27,255 bases of DNA, taken from a virus. Taxonomy: Duplodnaviria; Caudoviricetes. The DNA lies in the IMG/VR virus record IMGVR_UViG_3300032330_001135, positions 1 through 27,255 of that record. One strand, given 5' to 3'. Position 1 is the first letter of the stretch. Every line of letters starts with the position of its first letter. A program made the translations under genes and the position numbers. Positions 16,609 through 27,255 of this stretch are shown here, piece after piece. Below the pieces are notes generated by a model, which ran no database searches, had not been told where the DNA came from, and saw nothing but the letters and a program-made list of their open reading frames with translations.

Positions 16609-18249
16609 ATGAATTTAATTGAGCAACAGCAAAAAGCCCGGGCCTTGCCTATGCAGTATCTGCAGCAGGCAGCAAATGGCCAAAGCGTCGAGCTAGCCCC
16701 GTGGATTGCTACCGCCGAGTTACAGCGCCGCACTACCGCAGATCAGCACATGCAAGCTGCTCAAGGTGCCCAAGGTCCGCAGCCTACCGTCAAGGACCAG
16801 ATTGAACAGAAGGCGGGCCTTATGGCTACGCAGGCAGCGCAGCAAGCGCAGGTTCAAGCGCAGCAAGCGCAGCAAAGTGCTCAACCTAAAGCCCCAGTTC
16901 CCGGGGATACCCCACAACCTGAGTTGCAGCCCGAAGAACCCATCATGGCTGCAGGTGGCGGGCTTATGAACGCCCCAGTCAACTTCCAGTTTGCCCATGG
17001 TGGGATTTTGGGTTATGCGGGAGATGAGGCTCAGGGTAGTAGGGTGCGTTCGCGGTTGCCCAACGAATCTTTTGAGGAATATCGCAAGCGAATTATTGCT
17101 TTAGAAGCCGAAGACGCAGCGCGTGCCGACGCTGAAGCGCGTGCCCAACAGGAGTCTGAGCGCCAACAAATGATGGCAAGCCGCCAAGCTTCTGGCCAAG
17201 CGCTGCCGCGCAGTCCGTTCTTAGGAGCCCCCGCTGCACCCAGACGCGAAGTGGATGACCGCGCTCCTCGCCCCTCTTTGCAAGGGCTCCTTGCTGCATT
17301 GCCTAAAGCTCCTCCGGCTGCAGAACAACGCCCTCCTGCTCCACCTATGGGCGGTCCACGACGCGCCCCCACGCCTCCAGCGCAAACACCCCAAGTTGAG
17401 CAGCCCCAACAACCTAAGCAAGAGGTAAACCCCTTGGAGCAGGCACTAATCAGGTATTCCACCTCTGAGACCCCCCAAGCCAGCTTGCAGGGGGCTATCG
17501 GTAACGAGCAAACGCTGGCTAAGGCGTACAACTTAGACCAGCCCATGGGGGTAGAAGAGCGGGCCATCATCGCTCAACGAGACGCCGCTCGGGAAGCTGC
17601 ACGTAAACGAGAGGCGGGCGATGCGTTTTCAGCATGGGTGTCTGGACTAGTTGGAGTGCCGGGGGCTGCAGGTATGGCTTACAGCCAAGCGCGTCAAGCG
17701 CAAGATGCTGCAGAGCGAGAGCACTTAAGCGGTAACCTCAAGGACATTCGAGACCTGAATACCGCCCAACGTGCCGCCTTAGAAAAACGAGCAACTACCG
17801 CCGGTAGCGAATTTGGCGCTGACAAACTAGCCGCTGCAACCGCTGCGCAAAACAAAGCCACTGTCGGAGCAAACGTATACGGTACTCAAAAGCAAGCGGA
17901 GTCCAGCAAGTACAGCGCTGATTCGCATGCAAAAGCTTCAATGGAAATTGCTAAGTTGCAAGAACGCATGGCTACTCTTCGTGCAGGGTCTGCAGAAGCT
18001 AGGCAAGCAGCCAGCGAACTGCGTGACCGCGAACGGGCTATTGAAGCGGACATCAAAGCGCTTACCTCGCAACGGAACAAGTTGTCTGGTAGCTTTACCC
18101 CTGCCGATCGGAAGGAGCTGGAGTATGTTGATGAGCAGTTACGGAACGCTCGTGAACAGCACGCCTTAGTTCGTGGAGACAAAGGAGCAGCACCCAACGC
18201 TACAATGACTCCTCCTCCACCCGGAGCTGTACGACTTAAAAAGGGGTAG
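16609..18249 (+). CDS. Putative internal virion/ejection protein D (546 aa), Ala/Gln-rich coiled coil
   Basis: TAAGGA upstream. Helical low-complexity composition, PTVKDQ and MAAGG/FAHGG motifs, PPPPGAVR C-terminus. Confidence 0.75.
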   Translation: MNLIEQQQKARALPMQYLQQAANGQSVELAPWIATAELQRRTTADQHMQAAQGAQGPQPTVKDQIEQKAGLMATQAAQQAQVQAQQAQQSAQPKAPVPGDTPQPELQPEEPIMAAGGGLMNAPVNFQFAHGGILGYAGDEAQGSRVRSRLPNESFEEYRKRIIALEAEDAARADAEARAQQESERQQMMASRQASGQALPRSPFLGAPAAPRREVDDRAPRPSLQGLLAALPKAPPAAEQRPPAPPMGGPRRAPTPPAQTPQVEQPQQPKQEVNPLEQALIRYSTSETPQASLQGAIGNEQTLAKAYNLDQPMGVEERAIIAQRDAAREAARKREAGDAFSAWVSGLVGVPGAAGMAYSQARQAQDAAEREHLSGNLKDIRDLNTAQRAALEKRATTAGSEFGADKLAAATAAQNKATVGANVYGTQKQAESSKYSADSHAKASMEIAKLQERMATLRAGSAEARQAASELRDRERAIEADIKALTSQRNKLSGSFTPADRKELEYVDEQLRNAREQHALVRGDKGAAPNATMTPPPPGAVRLKKG

Positions 18250-18252
18250 TCT

Positions 18253-25024
<6,772 letters not shown>

Positions 25025-25047
<23 letters not shown>

Positions 25048-25270
25048 CGCCATACCGCCCGTACTCACAGCGGGCGTGTATCTCAAATGCGTAGGGCAAG
25101 TCTTTGTAAACTTCTTTCAGTATGTCCTTGACTTGCTTGGGTGTGGCGGTCGTCGGTATGAAGAACGAGTTGCCCGGCTCCAGCTTGCGCCAGTCGAGAA
25201 AGTAGTCCACCCCGTAAAGGGTGAACACCTCAGGTATCTCAGGGGCCGGTGGGGGCGAACTGCGTGGCAT
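25025..25270 (-). CDS. Small phage protein (81 aa or shorter), possible DNA-binding protein
   Basis: The W..L..G.SFFIP...GVRVWR pattern is typical of a small protein found downstream of phage primase-helicases. The start is uncertain because ATG 25270 overlaps the helicase by 32 nt. Confidence 0.75.
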
Positions 25271-27254
25271 CTATGCCCAGTGCCTTAGCGTCAAACACAT
25301 AGCAGCGGGTGAGGATACCGGCCATGCCGCCCAGCGCCCCAGCACCGATACGCAGGGGGTGAGACTTGCCGTCATACTTCATGAACTTGGCTGCATGCAG
25401 TCGGACCAGCGCATCCTTTACGTCCACCTGCCGCGATGCGAAGAACTTGCGGAACTCGCCGGACGGTATGGCCATCTCTTGAATGTCAGGGTAGTAGCGC
25501 AACCGCAGCGGACCGGTCGGAGTCAAGCTGGGTAACTCTGGAGCCCCGCTCTTGCTGACGCTGTTGGCCACCAGTGCGTTACGCACGTTCTCATTCACGT
25601 AGGCAGCTAGCGTTTCCTGTGCCACCACGTCAGCGTCGTTGCTAGTCTGCTGGATGTTGATACGGTTATCGGTAATCACGCTGAGCAAGAACCGGTAGAT
25701 GCGGGGTATATCAATCTCATGCAACCCTAGCTTCTGTGTGATGAGCGCTGCTGCCATGACTATAGCCCCCCAGCATGAATAGAACCGGTCCGAGGCATTG
25801 AGGTTCAAGTCGGCGTCAATACGGCTCTGCATCTTGAGGCACAGGTCAAGCACCTTCTCTTGGTTCTTAACTACGTAGTCAATGAAGACCGGGCCTGCCA
25901 CGCCAAAGTTGTGCTCTAGCTGGCTGAACACTGCATCAATCTCTGCCTTGCTAGCGCCAGTGTAGCGGGGTACCAGCATCTCTATGGTACGGCTCAGCTC
26001 TCCGTTGGAGGTTGCCTTGAGCTGCATGAGCTTGTCCACCAAAGACGCATTGGCTGAAGTAATAGTTATGCCGCACCATGTTGTGAAGTTTATGCGCAGC
26101 GTGTTGGTCTGCGAGTTCATCCGGTTCTTACCGCGCCCATTGGTCACCCCATAAGCCAGTGCCGACAGGTTCTCAGCAGTCTCGTTGGTAATCTCGTCAA
26201 TGGTGTTGGCGATGTTGTTCATCATGCCCAGCATGTGTATCTTGGCTGCGTAGGTATCGTCCTGCTTGTTCAGCAGCTTGTCAGGATGCCCGAAGATGGA
26301 GTTGACCATCATCTGTGCCGTGCTCTTGCCGGAGCCTGAGCCGTTTGACTTCAAGTGCACCAGCGCACCCTTGACCGTGCTCCCGCCAATAAATCTCAGC
26401 AGGGGTGAGCCAAAGCCGCAGAACAACGTCAGTGCGTGCACCTCAAGGCCCGGTCGGTTGTAGAAGTTGGCCATGCTTTTCCATGCCTCTAGGGTGCCCG
26501 TAGGTTTGAAGAACGAGGCCAGTTGACGTGTACCACTAGCGGGGGGTGCGAGCTTGGTGCCCGTGGGCGTGTACTCCAGCTCCCCAACTACAAACCCTTG
26601 GTTGTCGGGGGTCCAGCCCATTTGGTTTCGGGTCTTGTTGGCAGCGACTTGACTCTGCAATTTGCGAATGGATGATGCGAAATAAGCCATGATTGCGTCA
26701 ATAGTTTTGCCGTAGGCCACCACCCCGTTTTTGACGAGAAGGCCCCGTAGCTTGTCAGTGGTGAAAACATCTTGGGTAGAAGTGAAGAACCGGCGTACCC
26801 CATCATGCGGCAGGTGCAGGTTGATACCGATCATCTCGCCATCCCCGTTGCCATGCTCGTCAGAGTCAAAGAACCTCTCGGTTATGTACAGGTCCTGCCT
26901 GTAGATTTCAATCTCTTTGGTATCGCCATTGGCATCAGTATCCCGCTTGAACACCCCGCCGTTGATACCACGAAAGTATGGAAAGGGATACTCAGGTACC
27001 TTCAGCATAACGGACGGAGACCCGCTGTCCTCAGGCTTCTCAATCAGGTACATGCCATCAACGACTTCGGCTTCCTCCACGTACTTACCAAGACTAATGG
27101 GGGAGGTGCCTTTGAACCCGCAGCCCTTGCACAGTTCGCCATGGTTGTCACGGTACCACTCGCAGGTATAGGGGCCCTTGGTCTCTGCTGCCTTAGCTTC
27201 GGTAGCCTCAGCGGTATAGCCGGGGTGCTTCTTGGACAGGTCATGGATGGTCTT
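25239..27254 (-). CDS. Primase-helicase, 5'-truncated (Cys-rich linker domain plus DUF927-type P-loop helicase)
   Basis: The frame stays open beyond the track start (27080) to the window edge: KTIHDLSKKHPGY...GPYTCEWYRDNHGELCKGCGFKGTSPISLG. It has QMGW and G.L..W (DUF927-like) motifs, Walker A GSGSGKST (about 26319-26342) and Walker B TIDE. Confidence 0.85.
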   Translation of the reverse strand, partial: KTIHDLSKKHPGYTAEATEAKAAETKGPYTCEWYRDNHGELCKGCGFKGTSPISLGKYVEEAEVVDGMYLIEKPEDSGSPSVMLKVPEYPFPYFRGINGGVFKRDTDANGDTKEIEIYRQDLYITERFFDSDEHGNGDGEMIGINLHLPHDGVRRFFTSTQDVFTTDKLRGLLVKNGVVAYGKTIDAIMAYFASSIRKLQSQVAANKTRNQMGWTPDNQGFVVGELEYTPTGTKLAPPASGTRQLASFFKPTGTLEAWKSMANFYNRPGLEVHALTLFCGFGSPLLRFIGGSTVKGALVHLKSNGSGSGKSTAQMMVNSIFGHPDKLLNKQDDTYAAKIHMLGMMNNIANTIDEITNETAENLSALAYGVTNGRGKNRMNSQTNTLRINFTTWCGITITSANASLVDKLMQLKATSNGELSRTIEMLVPRYTGASKAEIDAVFSQLEHNFGVAGPVFIDYVVKNQEKVLDLCLKMQSRIDADLNLNASDRFYSCWGAIVMAAALITQKLGLHEIDIPRIYRFLLSVITDNRINIQQTSNDADVVAQETLAAYVNENVRNALVANSVSKSGAPELPSLTPTGPLRLRYYPDIQEMAIPSGEFRKFFASRQVDVKDALVRLHAAKFMKYDGKSHPLRIGAGALGGMAGILTRCYVFDAKALGIDATQFAPTGP

Positions 27255-27255
27255 A

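Noticed and set aside
17927-18169. 80-aa alternative-frame ORF with an early Cys, considered as a nested o-spanin
   Set aside because: It has no proper hydrophobic signal or lipobox, no SD, and lies far from the lysis cassette.
27078-27080. GTG start for the helicase given by the ORF track
   Set aside because: The frame is open to the window edge and encodes a plausible Cys-rich domain, so the gene is truncated by the window.

Overview
This window is a fragment of a tailed dsDNA phage genome (Caudoviricetes, podovirus-like gene set; no tape-measure, sheath or baseplate genes seen). Bases 1-25047 form one nearly gap-free + strand late operon. In order it carries tail-associated structural and fibre/adhesin genes, a lysis cassette (membrane protein, holin-like protein, peptidase M15A endolysin), a 700-aa tail tube/nozzle-like protein and a 99-aa partner, four low-complexity putative internal-virion/ejection proteins, and a 2264-aa polyvalent protein (HExxH zincin-like motif, ParB-like insert, LPD38-like C-terminus). 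A convergent - strand unit holds an 81-aa protein and a 5'-truncated primase-helicase with a DUF927-type P-loop domain. Three observations stand out: (i) a 73-codon ORF with AAGGAG-7nt-ATG nested in the +1 frame of a disordered linker of the giant protein (19832-20053); (ii) two adjacent Pro/Thr-repeat paralogs sharing repeat cassettes and a C-terminal module; (iii) a recurring hydrophobic-x-x-Gly-Gly motif across all four putative ejection proteins. Family assignments come from motif recognition by eye; no database searches were run.
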